Positions 12,688 to 26,320 of a stretch of 64,000 nucleotides of DNA are shown here, in pieces. The position numbers were made by a program, and so were the translations under genes. Within the stretch, counting starts at the first letter, position 1. Each line of letters starts with the position of its first letter. This DNA comes from Paramecium tetraurelia. Its lineage: Eukaryota. A model generated the notes under the pieces. The model saw nothing but the letters and a program-made list of their open reading frames with translations, was not told where the DNA came from and ran no database searches. The stretch covers positions 186,001 through 250,000 of the forward strand of contig CT868574.1 of NCBI GenBank assembly GCA_000165425.1. The letters run 5' to 3'.

Positions 12688-15600
12688 ATGCAATTATTTA
12701 TTATAAAATAATTAACTCAAGGATCTCTCAATAAAGTAATGGATACTATTTCTGAAGACACTCCTTCTTAATCTTATATAAAGGATGCATCCATGCAAGA
12801 GAAAACAGATAATCCTTAAAACTTTGAAAAGTTAGAGGCTTGTTATTTAAAGAGGAAAGTAAAAGCAATTTAGAACATTTGTGAAAAATACTCAATTTTT
12901 TTATACTTTTTATTGGGAATAGATCTAAACAAACACTAAATTGACATACTTCAATAGATGTGGGGTAATTTTAGTATGGAAACCTAAGAAACTTAACTTC
13001 CCGATGCGATAATAAAGTGAAATAATTATTATATTAATAGATTTCCTAATCCTGATTATGGATAATCAAGTTCTCATTCAATATCTGTAACTGAAGGATT
13101 TGAATTAGTTAAGACTCTGGTGAAATTTAATAAAGGTAGTATGGAGGAGAAAATATTATTAAAGGCATGTGAAGGTGTATTATAAATTTTGGATGATTCA
13201 AAGGAAAATTCAAAGCATAATCGTAAAAAATTATTTAGATAGAAGGTGAGAAGAGAGAATTAATTTATTCAATTTGAAAACACAGAGGAGTCAAAACGAT
13301 TAGAAACTAGTGCAACAATTAATGAGATGGATGAGAAAGAAAAGTTAAAGGATTAGCTAGTTTTAAAGCTCAGTAATAAGTTAACTGGAAGTTGGTAGTT
13401 TGATTCAGATTAGAATTAAATTAATGAAGCTTTCGAAATAGATTATAAATTGTTGAAATTCTTACCAAACAAAAAAGTAAATAAGGGTGGTTATCTTGTT
13501 AAATATGAAAATGAATGGCATAGAACAAAAAGAGATACAAAAGATTTTTCAACTTTAGTGAGAAACTTGATTTGCTTGATTCTATGCAGACAAGGATACT
13601 TTACTCAATAATTTTTATCAAAAAATGGAAAGTATATATTTTGTTCTTTGTTTGCAACAGAAGAAAGCTTGAAAATTTAAGCAGAATCCTAAGGACTTTT
13701 TAAACTTTTAAACATATAGTTTATAGATCTATACTCTTTCGAACCTCTTGATAAGAGTTATAGACCCCTCAGATTAAATAACAGATTATGGAAACCTCAG
13801 AATTATAAGAATCTCTCTTCAATGTTTTTGTACTTTAGACCAATTTTAGTCGAGTTGATTTAAGAGATAGATTTCAAAAGAATAGCTAGAGAAGTTAATT
13901 AGAGCGGAATCAATTAAAAATTATTTAATTATGGATTTGAAATGTATGATGATTAGGATTGTCCTTCTGATCAAGAATGGGCAGCCTACTATTTCTTTTT
14001 GACTCATTTACATTAGTAAATCACTGCTACAAGATCGAGCTTTAAGATACATAATGATATTGCAGCCTTAATCAATAAATAGATCACTCCATTAGAATTA
14101 TACTTAAGAAGAGTATAATCAGAAAATTGGGTCAAAGCAAAAAACACAAAATAAAGTAATACTTACTATTAAGATCTTGAAGATATTAAGAATAAAAAAA
14201 TTGAATAACTTAAGAAGGATGCTAGTGGTGTTATTGAAGAATATAAGAATATTTTTAATTTAACTACTGCCCCTTATACAAAACTAATAAAAGTCTTAAA
14301 AAAGGAATAATTAGCTAAGAAATATTTGGAAATATTCAAGGAATCTCTTAAAGTAGCAAATAACGAAAAGAAATATCTAAAATGTCTATGGGACTTAGTA
14401 TATTTGGATCAGCCTTTAAATATGAAGACTAAGTATTCGAATCCTTAACCAGATAGATCACTGCATCATAAACATTGTCAGTTGATGTGTTGGAAAAAGT
14501 ACTAATTGAACTAAGGAGAAAAGGTAACAATATTTTAGTCGTCAGAAAGATTGAGACTAGCTTATCTGAATATATATTAAAACTTTAATATCTCCTTGCT
14601 TACTCAAAAAGGTCTAATCAAATAATTATTTTGTTTGCATGATAACTTCGAACTTTATGGCATTTACTATTCCTCCTATGAGAATTTATCTCGAAATAGA
14701 GAATAATTTTATTAAGAAAAACTATTTGATATTGCAACCCAATTGAAATTCCATTTATTAAATCCAATGAAAATGAAATTCGATTTGTTATGTTAATATT
14801 TTGGAGAGTCTGTAGGAACCTACTTTTATTTCCTTTGTTTTTTCTCTTAAATGCTACTGTATCAAAATTGCTTAGGCTTACTCTACTACTTGATTTAAAT
14901 ACCATCCAGTTTACAATCGTATTTAAGTATCTTAGAAATTATCTACCTCGTTTTTTAATTATAGATAACATCACTTTACACTTCTAAATGGGAATAATAA
15001 TTAAAAATATTCAATTAATCTTTTGGCATCAATAGTCAAGAGGATATAGATACTACTTCAAACAAATAAATTGGAGAACCTAAAAGATCCCTCATAAATG
15101 ATTAAATGAATGTACCTTCTATCAATGAATTAGATTAAATATTTAGGGAATGTGTTTCCATGTTAATTTTTATATTGCTTCAATTGCTATACTCAGTCAT
15201 ATTTATAGCACTTTATTTCTTATGTGCATGGTTTCAGTCTCTGTTCAAATAGACCACCGCTATTAATAATTCTGAAATTATAATTATTGCTATCTTACAT
15301 CTAGGTCTAAATAAGCTATACACATTTCATGCCTAAAAAACCATTTAATAGTTAGTTGATTTTGAATAGCAACGAACGATTTAGGCTGTAAAATTGAGTT
15401 ACAATTTAAAACTCTATTCTTTTTCGATCATCTAATAATTGGGGCCTCTTTTGATTTTAAGATTCTTTAATCACTCATTTTAGTTGGTCTGCTAATCTGA
15501 TTCTTGTGAATAGTACATTGGATATTACTTTCTTACTTATATAATAATAAAGAGCGTTGAAAAATTATGTGTTTTTCTATTTAATTTTTATTCCTTAAGA

Positions 15601-18600
15601 AGATAACCTTTGTTTATTTATAAATTCCAATAGCATGATATCAACGAGTACATTGAAGTTCAATCTAAGAAGCCTTCCAATATAAAAGATCAATATTTTA
15701 ATTGCATAGAAGAAAACTTATAGTAAAATATGGTGGAACTGACTATTTTAACATATTTTGCGTACATCTATCCAATCACATACTTTATGCAATGGCTATT
15801 GTTTGTAGTTTAGATCTATGCAGATAAAGCACAATACCTCTATTATTATTAAAGACCTTGGCCATAAATCGATTGTTTTGTCAAAGTTTGGAATAACATT
15901 CTTTAATATATCATATTGTCTAGTGTAATAATAACAAGTTATGGATTATCGAATTCTCTTGTTTTTTAAGATAAAAGTTAGATATTTGTATTCGTTTCAT
16001 TTATGCTCCTCAGTTACACCATGAATTTTGTATACTAAGTATGGTATTCAGAAACGCCTTCCTATTTATAGAAATGAAATTTAAGATAAAAATACTTAGT
16101 CAAATCGACACTTGAGAAATTCAAAAAAAAGAATAAAACTATTAATTTTGTTGATAATTAAAACCTCAAAAGAATGCCCATCTATAAATTTTATGGTTCT
16201 AAACTCTAAGAACAATCAGAAGAATTTGAAACGATGAGTTCCGATAGTGATTTAGATAAATACTATATAAGATAAGATGATTTGGCAGAGCCAATTCTTT
16301 AAGATGATGATACTACTGTCTAAAAACCAAAATTGAAAATTAGAGACAGAAAAACTCCTATTTTTGTAAGATCTTCTAGTTTCTATGAAAAATTTATGAT
16401 TCCTAAAAAGAAGAAAGCAAAAAATGAAGAAAATATTTAAAGATTGTTCCATAAAGTTAACCTATTGCTAAGTTATCACAAATCTTGGACTGATCTAAGA
16501 ATAATTTAAAGGAATTACTATATTCCAAGAAAAAAGTAGTTTGTTAAGAACTTTGACATTTTAAGATATAATATTATATAAAGAAGTTTGTAAACATAAA
16601 AAATTCAAGCAAAGTTGTTTATTTAAAAGTTTTATAGAAAAAAGATTACAAAATTAAAAGATTCTAAAGAAGAACATGATATTCTAGAGCTGGAAGGGAT
16701 CTATGAGAAGATGAGAAAGTATTACAATAAACATAAGTGGTTAAATGCATAGAAATTTATATTTATCAAAATAAAGAAGGCTGTGTGGTTCAATCGATTC
16801 AGAAAGACTACTATTAGATTGAATTCCAAGATTTTAGTTAATGTCTTTTAAAAAAGATTATTAGCCAAGTAATTTCCAGGAGAAGAAACAAACTTTTAGC
16901 ATTTTGAAAAAAACAATAAAGGTTTTGAATTCAAGGAGGTTTCTTTGCTAAATATTATCAATTTTAGTCAATAATATTCTTAAAAGTAATAATTTTGAGT
17001 ATTTTAGCCATGTTAAAATGATTCCATTATCAGCAGGATACACTAATCTAAAATATTATTCTGCATCTTATAAAAAGTCAAGTACTTTTAAAGATGTCAT
17101 AGAAAAGGTTAGAGATACTTATGTATTTGACACTCAAAAATTAATATTGTAATCAGTGATGATGGAATATTTCGAAGAGGAAATGTTTGCTATGCCTGAA
17201 ATCAACTTTGTAAAACAATTAAATGACACAATGTGGTTGGCTAATATCAATGAAAAGAAACAGCCATAGTTAATATAATTTCTATAATTGAAACATGGAT
17301 AGAAACTGAAGTACTTGCAATCGATCAATAATGATAGAGGTATTAGTTATATTTAGGGTGAGTGTTATACTAGGCTATCTAATCATATCGATAAGATTGA
17401 TGATTTCTATGTCAAAGGATATTGCGTAATAGTCTATGAGTAATCTCCAATTACTACATTAGAGAATGTCATTAAATATCGAAAAAAATATCATATACAT
17501 TATAGTTAAGATGAAATATTGTCATTCTTTTATGATAGCTTACTCTTACTACTCAGAGAATAACATGGTGATATTTCAACCAAAAATTATCTGTTAGACA
17601 ACCGAGGTTATTATTTAGGAAGTGCAGTTAAACCAGAGACTGATGACGATTTATTTTGTTTAGCTAAAGTTCTAATTTCTATGATTACCTTAACATCATT
17701 TAAGAATTCATTGAATTCCTTAGGTGATATGGAGAAGCATGATCTCTATGATGTAATAGTTAAAATGCTCAATGGGAGTAGCAACATAAGCGAACTGTTA
17801 TCATTTGTAAAGTATTAAGAGAAGTTTGAAGAGAGTTTCATTGTAGAGAGATAAGAAATAATTGAAAATCAACAGTGTGATTTCTCTGAATACTTACAGT
17901 TGACTCTGCATAGAGGGAACTTTTCATTGAGGATGAAGTAGTATGAAAAAGGATTGCTTTACATACATTAGTTTGAATAGATATTGCATAGACAAATCTA
18001 TAAATGTGGGAATAATGCTTTAGAAGCCTTTCAAGGATATGTGATTAATAATTTCATGAAATATACTATTGAGCATCATGACATGGAAGAAATAATTTAA
18101 GTAGCTATGGTTTTCTATATTAAATTTTGCATTTAAATGCAAGTGAAGGTTAGACGTTATAATCATTCAACATACAACATCAACAATATTTAGGAAAATG
18201 TTAAGCATGGCAACCAATTGAATTAATAATTTGATTTAATTTAGAATTGTTTAGGAGACCTAATTAAGAATCTAGATCTGGTTCTCATTTAATTGTAAAT
18301 TAATATCAACCTAGAACAAATAACAAAATAGGAAGCTTAAGCATTATTTGGTATTACTAAGAATCAGGCTGGAAATGTAATCAAACTAAAACATATTGAA
18401 AGAATTCAACTTATTAATTAATTAAGATTAAACAAAAAACTTATTGAAAACTTATTTCAATTTCGAAAAACCATTCGTAGGTTTTAAAACTAATTTAATG
18501 CACTCAACTGTTTAGCTCATTATTTTAAAATGGAAATGCCAATTGCAGCTAAAAAAATAGATGATTGCATTGAAATTTAGATGGAATTAATTAGATCTAA

Positions 18601-21513
18601 GAATTAATTGGAATTAACAAAGGAACTAAAAGACTTAAGTCCTGATCTTTATAATTATAATTAAATGTCTCCTAAAGAAAATAAAATAGATGCCTTTACA
18701 TTTTAAATTAACTTTTCAATGAGCTAGTTTTGTTAAGACGATCCAACTTATTTCCATCAACTTCTTTATTATTATTTTCTATAAATAGAAATATGGCATG
18801 ACTCTGAAAATGATATTTATGAAAGAAAGGCCAAAAGTTTCTTATTAATGGGAATTGAGAATTCCCCTACCTTTGAGTATTTTTGCAGTTATCTTAAAAG
18901 TATTACATTCGATGAAATACCAATATAATACATTCGAAAAGAATAAGAATGTGAAATAGGTAAATTCGAGTGTGTAAAATTATAAAAATGGATTGAATAA
19001 ACATATTCGTATTAATCAGAATACATATTATCTACTGACTTTTAGTATATGTGGAAATAAGTGATGACTTACAGTAATCTTAATTAAAATATACATAATA
19101 AATAGATATTGCATGAAGAACTAAAAATCAGCCCAAAAGACTTAAAAGTCTAGCTTTATTTAATAAGAATTATTTAATAGATTTTACACTTGGACTGTTA
19201 TTTTCCATTGAATTTTAGGATATCTCAATTAAGGTATCCAGTAGATCAAACAGATAGAGATATTTATAGTAATTCATACATCGCATAATTGCAAAGTCTT
19301 CATCATTCAATTACAATTCCTTTTGATTCATGGTTTCATAGTAATGGTTTGTTGTAATTCAGATTGTATCACATTTAAAGTATATTTTTTGCATTTTCTC
19401 CAAAAAATATTGAGAATTTAGAAAACAGTGATAATTCTTTAAGGGAGATAGCAAGAAATGCAGTGAGTATATTAAATTTACAAAAAGATAATAGGGATAT
19501 TTTGATGAAAATTTAATAAATCCTATTAGAAGACGCTCTCCTTTTAATTGATGTAAATCTAAAAAAGTCGTAATTATTTTAAATTTTATATTCTTATTTG
19601 CTTTTAAAAATTCATCAAAATTAAGATTTAGTCCAAACGATGAATGTAATACTGAAAGAATAGGCTATTAACATCCAACCTTCCATTATTATATTAATGA
19701 TATTACAAATATTGCTATAGTCATAGTAATATGATCAAATGGAATTTTTAATATAATTTTGTTAAAAATCGATCTCAACAAAATCAGGTTTGTTTGCATA
19801 AATGCATGAAAACTTTGAGAATGATTTAAATATTATGGCATTGTATATTCCAAACAAGAAGATAGATTTAAACTTCATTGCTCCCTATGATGCTTTATAC
19901 TAAAGATCTCACAGTGTTATATTTTATGATGACATTAATATTTATACGAGACATCTCATACATCATTTCTTTTATATCTAAAATTTTTATGAAGTCATTG
20001 AGTATTTCGAAGATAATTTAAATTAAATTGAAAACAACAGAGAATTAACTCATTTGAAATAATTATACGAGAATTTTTTAATTTACATTAAAGTTTCTTT
20101 GGGTATTATAAAATAAGAAAAAGCACAAGACTTCATCTTAAGCATTCACTCATAAATTTAAGATGATAATAATACATTAATAGCAGCAATTAATAAGCAT
20201 ATTCTAATTCGAATTTATTTAAATTAAAAAGAATATCATGTTGCTTTGCAATATTCCTACTAAGTGCTTCAATTTTTTTATGCTTATGAAAATAGTAAAT
20301 AAATAACTTTAGGGGGAGACTTTTAGATTAAACATAGCAAAAGACTATCTAAATTTTAAGAGATTTTATCGAATTTTCTCCCTAAAGATTTAGTCCGTAA
20401 AACTCAGATTAATTAGTAATCAAATGATGTATATTATTGTCATTTAATTGATGATGAATTTATCTCTGAAATCCTATTGAATCATATTGATATTCTGACA
20501 AATATTAATTAATTTAAGTTCTCTTTTTTCTAAGTATTAAATTTATTGGATAAAATAAAGAACTATTATTAAATAGCATATTTGTATAAACTTTTATCTC
20601 TAATATTCTTAGAGAACATGAGTTTAGAAAAATAATCATTAGTTCAATACGATCAATAAATTATGAATGAAGCAAAAGAAACCATAAGAGAAAGGAAATT
20701 ATTAATAAATTGTTATCAGTCCTTTAGACATTAACATACTTAATAGGAAGTTATAGCTTATAATTAGTAATTAGCAAGGTTAACATTCAAACAAATAGTT
20801 TACTAAAAGTTTGCTAAAAAACCAGCAAAAGAGGATGTATTATTCTTAATTCAATTATCTGCAGAAAAAAGTTTAGAGTTTTTTTAAATCCTTTCCTAGC
20901 AACAAAAAATAATAAATCATATATTTTATATAAACATCTATTTGATCTTGGCTGAATGCCATTTGAATTAACTTAATTTCACTTAAGCCTTAGCCAATGT
21001 GGATTTGGCGGAAGAACATACTATTGAAATTTATGGAAAAGCTTGTCATCCTCAGATAGGGTACTTACTTTTATCAAGAGTGTAATTTCGAAAAAAGTAG
21101 CAAGAATTATAAATTTAGATTGTTAAAGAAATCAGATTAAAAAGTTTTTTTGATGTTAGTTAGATTAAAACAATAAGTCTATTGTTAATATAGGAAAATA
21201 AAACATTAACTTATTGGTTAGATATTTATAAAAGGAGTAGAGATATTTAAACGTTTTTCAAAAATGTAAAAGATGTATTAAAACTAAATTAAAACTTTTG
21301 TGATAGTTTTCTATTTTGTGATGAAAGTTCTTCTGTTGAAGATATCTTCAGAGAAATAACTAGATTATTTCCATCTCTTAATTATATCTCTGCACAAAGC
21401 TATTTAAGTGTAAGATATTATTACTAATTTAGGCTTCGCATCATTTTATATATCTAGATGAAAACAATCAATATCGGTAACAAATCAATCAATTACTTAA
21501 TAATCATATTTGA
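12688..21513 (+). CDS. Anoctamin/TMEM16-like protein fused to a degenerate kinase-like domain and a long helical (TPR-like) C-terminus; one in-frame TGA at 16075
   Basis: Anoctamin hallmarks: SKNGKYIFCSLFATEESLKIQAE, LFCLHD, YFGESVGTYFYFLCFF (about 14797), RSLINDQMN, YYYQRPWP...VKVWNNIL. After the TGA at 16075-16077 the same frame stays open. An intron at 16986-17007 leads into a kinase-like stretch (HYSQDEILSFFY...HGDISTKNYLL, about 17564). Last intron 21410-21432; TGA at 21511-21513. The start codon is uncertain, and the 18-21.4 kb stretch was only spot-checked for stops. Confidence 0.72.
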
Positions 21514-21600
21514 ATGTATAATGTATTTAAGAATATAATAAAATTTGATTAAACACATGAACAACTAAGAAATATATTTTGTAAATTATAAATCATAAAT

Positions 21601-22501
21601 TCACCTATTCCCGAATCTCACATTTCTTGTAAATAGATTATCTTCTAGTTTGTGTTATTGATGAAATAAGGATTAGTAAACTTAGGTAATAATGTATATT
21701 TACTTTCATTATTTTTTAGATCTTAAGTGTGATTTTATAGTTTATTGTCCTCCATAGTTTATCCCTTGAATTTCTGTTCCTCTGTGCATACTTTTTTTTT
21801 TTATTATAATTCTAGATTATTTACTGCATCTGAGACTTTCAACTATTTTTTTTGATCTTTCTTTTATTTCTCTTTCAATTCAATTTCTTTATACAACTAT
21901 GCCTTTTTGATCTCTGCTTCTTCATTAGTTGGACATAATCTATAATAATAATAAATTAATTCGATTACTAAACAATGTCTTTTTCAGTGTAGGGCTTAGT
22001 GCAAATTGGGCATTTTAACCCCTTGATCTTAAGATCTTTTATCAATTTTTTATAAAAAACACACCCGCAAGTCCACAATGCTTAGAACCTATTTAAAAAA
22101 TAAATACATACTTTTCTTTTCCATTTAATGATTTTTAACTAAATAGACAAACGAAAGGAAACTCATTATTTTGATCTGGATTTTCAGTAATATTGAGTTT
22201 TTTGATTTTTTTAAGCTGAAATAAGTTTAAAAATTTACATTTTGTAAATGCTTAAACTCTTAAGGAATTTTCTTTTCCATGAAGGCCTTAAGTAAGGAAT
22301 CGTAGTTGTATAGATATCCAATCCTACAGCAGGCAATTGGTTTTCTCAATTTTTCTTTGGTCAAGGAACAAAATTAGGCTCTTTACTACAATTACAATAG
22401 GATTATACTTTTGCAACTAAAAGACTCTCTACTCTTTTTTCTGGTTTTTTTAATTTAACCAACTCCGCTCTTTCAGCAAAACTTCCACCATCATTACCCA
22501 T
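21601..22501 (-). CDS. RTF2: Replication termination factor 2 (Rtf2, RING-like)
   Basis: Starts MGNDGGSFAERAELVKLKK, matching the Rtf2 MGxDGG signature. Continues FCSLTKEKLRKPIACCRIGYLYNYDSLL, FVCLFS, LWTCGCVF, KCPICTKPY, and ends VYQSLFHQ...LFTRNVRFGNR. Several tiny introns. Confidence 0.88.
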
Positions 22502-22585
22502 AATTAATGAAATAAATAAATATTTTATATTTAGTAGAGAAGTGGAAAATTAATTTTTGAAATTAAATACAAATATCTATAAGTA

Positions 22586-23559
22586 TCAGTATAGTTTTTT
22601 GTGGTTCTAAAATTGATTGCATTATATCTTAATTGCTTTTAATAGAGTGAGAGTATTTTCGATTTTCTTATCAGATAATTGTGATTTACCAACTGAAATA
22701 CTGTTTTATGTATGATTGCTTTTACTTGGATTTGGTGATGTGGTTAGACTGGACCAAAAATTGGATTATGATCTGTAATACTTTTCCTTTTTGATATCAT
22801 TTTTTTCAGTTTATTTCGTATCCTTAAGTTTAGTATTCAAAAAGGATAAGACTTTATCCTTAACAATTTTGTCATTTGAAATGTTCGGTGTGTCTTCTGT
22901 GAGAATCTTTTGGAAATATGCTCTAGAAGATGAATATGAATGGTGATTATTATGTGCCTTATTTCCTCTTGGCTGTGATGAGGGTCGAAAAGAGAGGCAC
23001 TCCATTGAGGATTGAAGGGTTTCTTGTTTTAGATTGGTGAAATTCAATCTTTTAGAAAGGGAACTAGATTAGTGATTTAAATACTTGATAACAAATTTAA
23101 GTTCTGATATTTCTTTAGATTTTTATTTGTTGATTTTTTCTGATTTTTCTACTTGTGATTAAAGTTACTCACACAATTAAATACTTTCTTGTAATTACAA
23201 TTCCTTTGAGTCTATTTATTCCTATAGATCTTAAATCAATTTTGCTTATTAACCCAACTTATTCTCTAATAACTATATAAATTAGGCTGACATACTTAAT
23301 TTTTTTAGATTTCAATCACAAGTCTGTCAGATGCATGAACCACTTTCATATGAGTAACATTAGAATTGTCTTCTGACATTTTATCCAATTGAGATACTCT
23401 TGACATGGTCATAGATGGCTCAAGGATGTTTTAGCTATTCTTAAATTTGCTATAATAATCATTCAAAAAGATGTCAGTTAAATTGTTGGAGAGGAGCATG
23501 CTGGTTAATCGATCAGAATCAGAGATTTCCAATAATGAGTCTTAATCTTGCTAATCCAT
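22586..23559 (-). CDS. Hypothetical low-complexity protein
   Basis: Code-6 ORF MDQQDQDSLLEISDSDRLTSMLL... that includes the track fragment at 22811-23047. Probable tiny introns; TGA at 22586-22588. Confidence 0.6.
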
Positions 23560-23625
23560 TTAATAAAGTAAAATAATTAAGTTGATTGCTTTAACAATAA
23601 AGAAAATATAATTATCAAGCTATAT

Positions 23626-24769
23626 TCAAATACAATCTTCTTCAACCTTCTTATCGCCCCAAGTATTAATGATGTCAATCTAAAGTAATTTGAAATGCTT
23701 ACTCTTCTTACTAGAGTGAGAAGCTTTTATACTTTTCTATTGTCTTGCACGACTTCAGCCAGATCTGTGTAGTAAGTTGACCAAGGATAAGCTTTGTTCT
23801 TAAGTAGAGTCTAATGGGAAGCATAGACGAAATTCATACTTCTACAATGACAAGGTGATTGCCCTGTATTGCCAAATAAAGAGGAGTTCGATGTAGTATG
23901 TCTACTGCATCTACGTCTGCGTGATTCTTTATTAGTAGTTCAACCATCTCCACCAATCCTTTCTTGCATGCCCAATGCAAGGCAGTCATGTTGTAGAAGT
24001 CGAAATCAAATACAAGATATCTGTTATATTCTAACAATTCAATAACTCTATCCATTTAATTCAACTTTACTGCATGAATAAATTCGTTCGACATTTTTCG
24101 TTAATAAGGCTTTTTAGAGAAGACCTTATTCTCAATCATATACTGTGGATCGATATTCATTGCTTTAAGTTTATTGATTGCCCTCAATAGAATCATTCTC
24201 AATTATTTTTTTGAACGTTTCGGAGGCTCAATCTTGGCTTTCACAAATTAATGATCGAAGTCAAATCGTTACATAATACGAGGAGATTGAAATTCAGATA
24301 TAACAGTTTCTTTGGGAGACTACAAAGCAGTAAGTTGTTAACATGAAGATATTTCCAATTAGGGAGGTCCTTCAATTGCCTATTGAGATTATTGAATCTG
24401 TGGTAAAGTCTTAAACTTTCCTACTTTCGTTTAAGTAAGATAGGCTCTTATGGTTTTGTGAGTAGTAGGTCTAGAACTTCTAGCAGTATTTGTAGGCGAG
24501 ATATTCTTATTAATACGGAATCTAGGGGAAGTGTTTTTACTATAAGTATATTCTATTTTAAGTTGAGGTACTTTTGGACAATGTTCACTCAACATTTTAC
24601 GATGACTTGTAGGTTTTCTTAATAAATCTATTATCTAATTTGTTTGCTGGCAGTCCTTTTTTAAATTTGTTACTTTTGGAGGCAATTTCAGTTCCCTGTA
24701 TATTAAATTTCAATACCTGAATTCACTGAGTATTCGCAAATAACATTTATTTTAATATAATTCATTCAT
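23626..24769 (-). CDS. Ankyrin-repeat protein
   Basis: MTALHWACKKGLVEMVELLIKNHADVDAVDILHRTPLYLAIQGNH...KAYPWS, preceded by a Ser/Thr/Arg-rich N-terminus. Introns near 24695-24716 and 23811-23839. Confidence 0.85.
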
Positions 24770-24780
24770 TATTATAATTA

Positions 24781-25827
24781 ATGTAGAAATTTAAAAAGAG
24801 TTAGACTATTCCTCCTAGGACTAAGGAAAAGAGCAGTATTCTTGCTCTCTGTGTTAATTGTGAAGAATTTATTAATGTTGATCGAATAGATCTTCATGCT
24901 TAAATGTGTACTTAGGTTTCCAATAAAGTACTCAAATTTGCTGTCTCCTCCTTTTACTTTGAAGAAAATGATTTCAAATTGAAAAAATTGAAATAAATAT
25001 TATAAAATAAATATCCAGAACACTCTTAAAGATTGTGCAGAATTTGTGAACTGGTTACATAAATCAATAGTATTGGATGTGTAGAAGAAGCATCATTGAT
25101 ACAATTTGAATAGGAACTTATTACCATGAGTAAAGAACCAATTTCATCATTGAATTTATCATTATATTTAGAAAGATTGCACTCTCTCGTCATACAAAGA
25201 ATATCAATCATTTAAAATTCATTAAACTCTAAAGTGATCAGACCGTCTCAATCTTAATAAAACTTTTATCCATAAACTAGTACTGCATTTAATTCAAAAC
25301 TATCCAAGATATCGTCAGGTTCAATGTAAACTCCCAGTAATGTTAATTTATAAAATTTATATCCTAATTAAGTTGAACAGTCAGAAATTGTATTTTCAGG
25401 ACATCGATTTAGTTAAGGTTAAAGTTCAGAGAATCGAATGACAATCATGACTAGATTCTCATCAGATAGTGGAAATTAATAGTAAGGATTGATATCTCAA
25501 TAAAAAAGAGGAGAAATCTTATTAACCAATAATAGTGAGTAATCTCCTGATAAAAAGTAAGAGCATGACAATTCAAAAACCTTTGCATAACGTTGTTTTT
25601 ATTCTAAGGTATTGAATTTAAAATTGGGTTATCCATCAAACAGTCCTGCTTAAAAAATTCCTGTGTTCTTATTGTGGCGATAGGCAGAGTAAAAATAGAT
25701 CAAATCAGAAAATTGGGATGTATTTATTAAATAATGTCTTGGTAATCCTTTTGAATATTTGGATCCTAAGAAATTAAAAAATAATCTCAATAATTCGAAC
25801 TAGAATCAGCAAATATTTCAACAATGA
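24781..25827 (+). CDS. Hypothetical protein with an N-terminal C2HC-type zinc finger
   Basis: MQKFKKSQ...LCVNCEEFINVDRIDLHAQMC, and a C-terminal RCFYSKVLNLKLGYPSNSPAQKIPVFLLWRQAEQKQIKSENWDVFIKQCL motif. TGA at 25825-25827. Confidence 0.7.
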
Positions 25828-25919
25828 GTTTAGTTTTCATTTTCAAATATTTATTAGAAGCATCAATCATGTATTTCCTCTGATAAATTAATATTTTTAC
25901 TTTTTAATTCTTTCAACAA

Positions 25920-26182
25920 ATGGGCAATTCGGAATCAAATAAAAAAAGTAATTTTATGTTCAAATTCAAGATGATCCAAATGGATTGAATGGACAGGAAA
26001 TATCTGCTTAGTTGGATCCTGAGTTGAGTCAAAGTTTAAAAGATCTTGATTCTTCATTCTAAATATTAATTGAATCAACCAATTAAGTATGCAGAATTAA
26101 ATAAAATTAGATTGGCACAAAGCTTAATTCCATTTTAGAAGGAATGCATGAAAAAGCAAGCAAATTTCAAGATAAAACCTGA
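25920..26182 (+). CDS. Small (about 70 aa) putatively N-myristoylated protein
   Basis: Starts MGNSESNKK (MGxxxS pattern). Two tiny introns (about 25948-25970 and 26087-26110) keep the frame open to TGA at 26180-26182. Confidence 0.65.
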
Positions 26183-26320
26183 AGTTTATGATGATTTATA
26201 ACATTTTATTATTATTTCTTTTTGAAGCATTAATTATTGAAAGTAACTCATTTCTTTACATGAACATTTATGCACTTTGAATAGAATGGTTAATTTGATA
26301 AAAATTATTTATTAAATAAA

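Noticed and set aside
16075..16077. Selenocysteine reading of the in-frame TGA
   Set aside because: It is not in a redox or Cys-motif context, and I saw no SECIS-like hairpin in the short 3' region after 21513.
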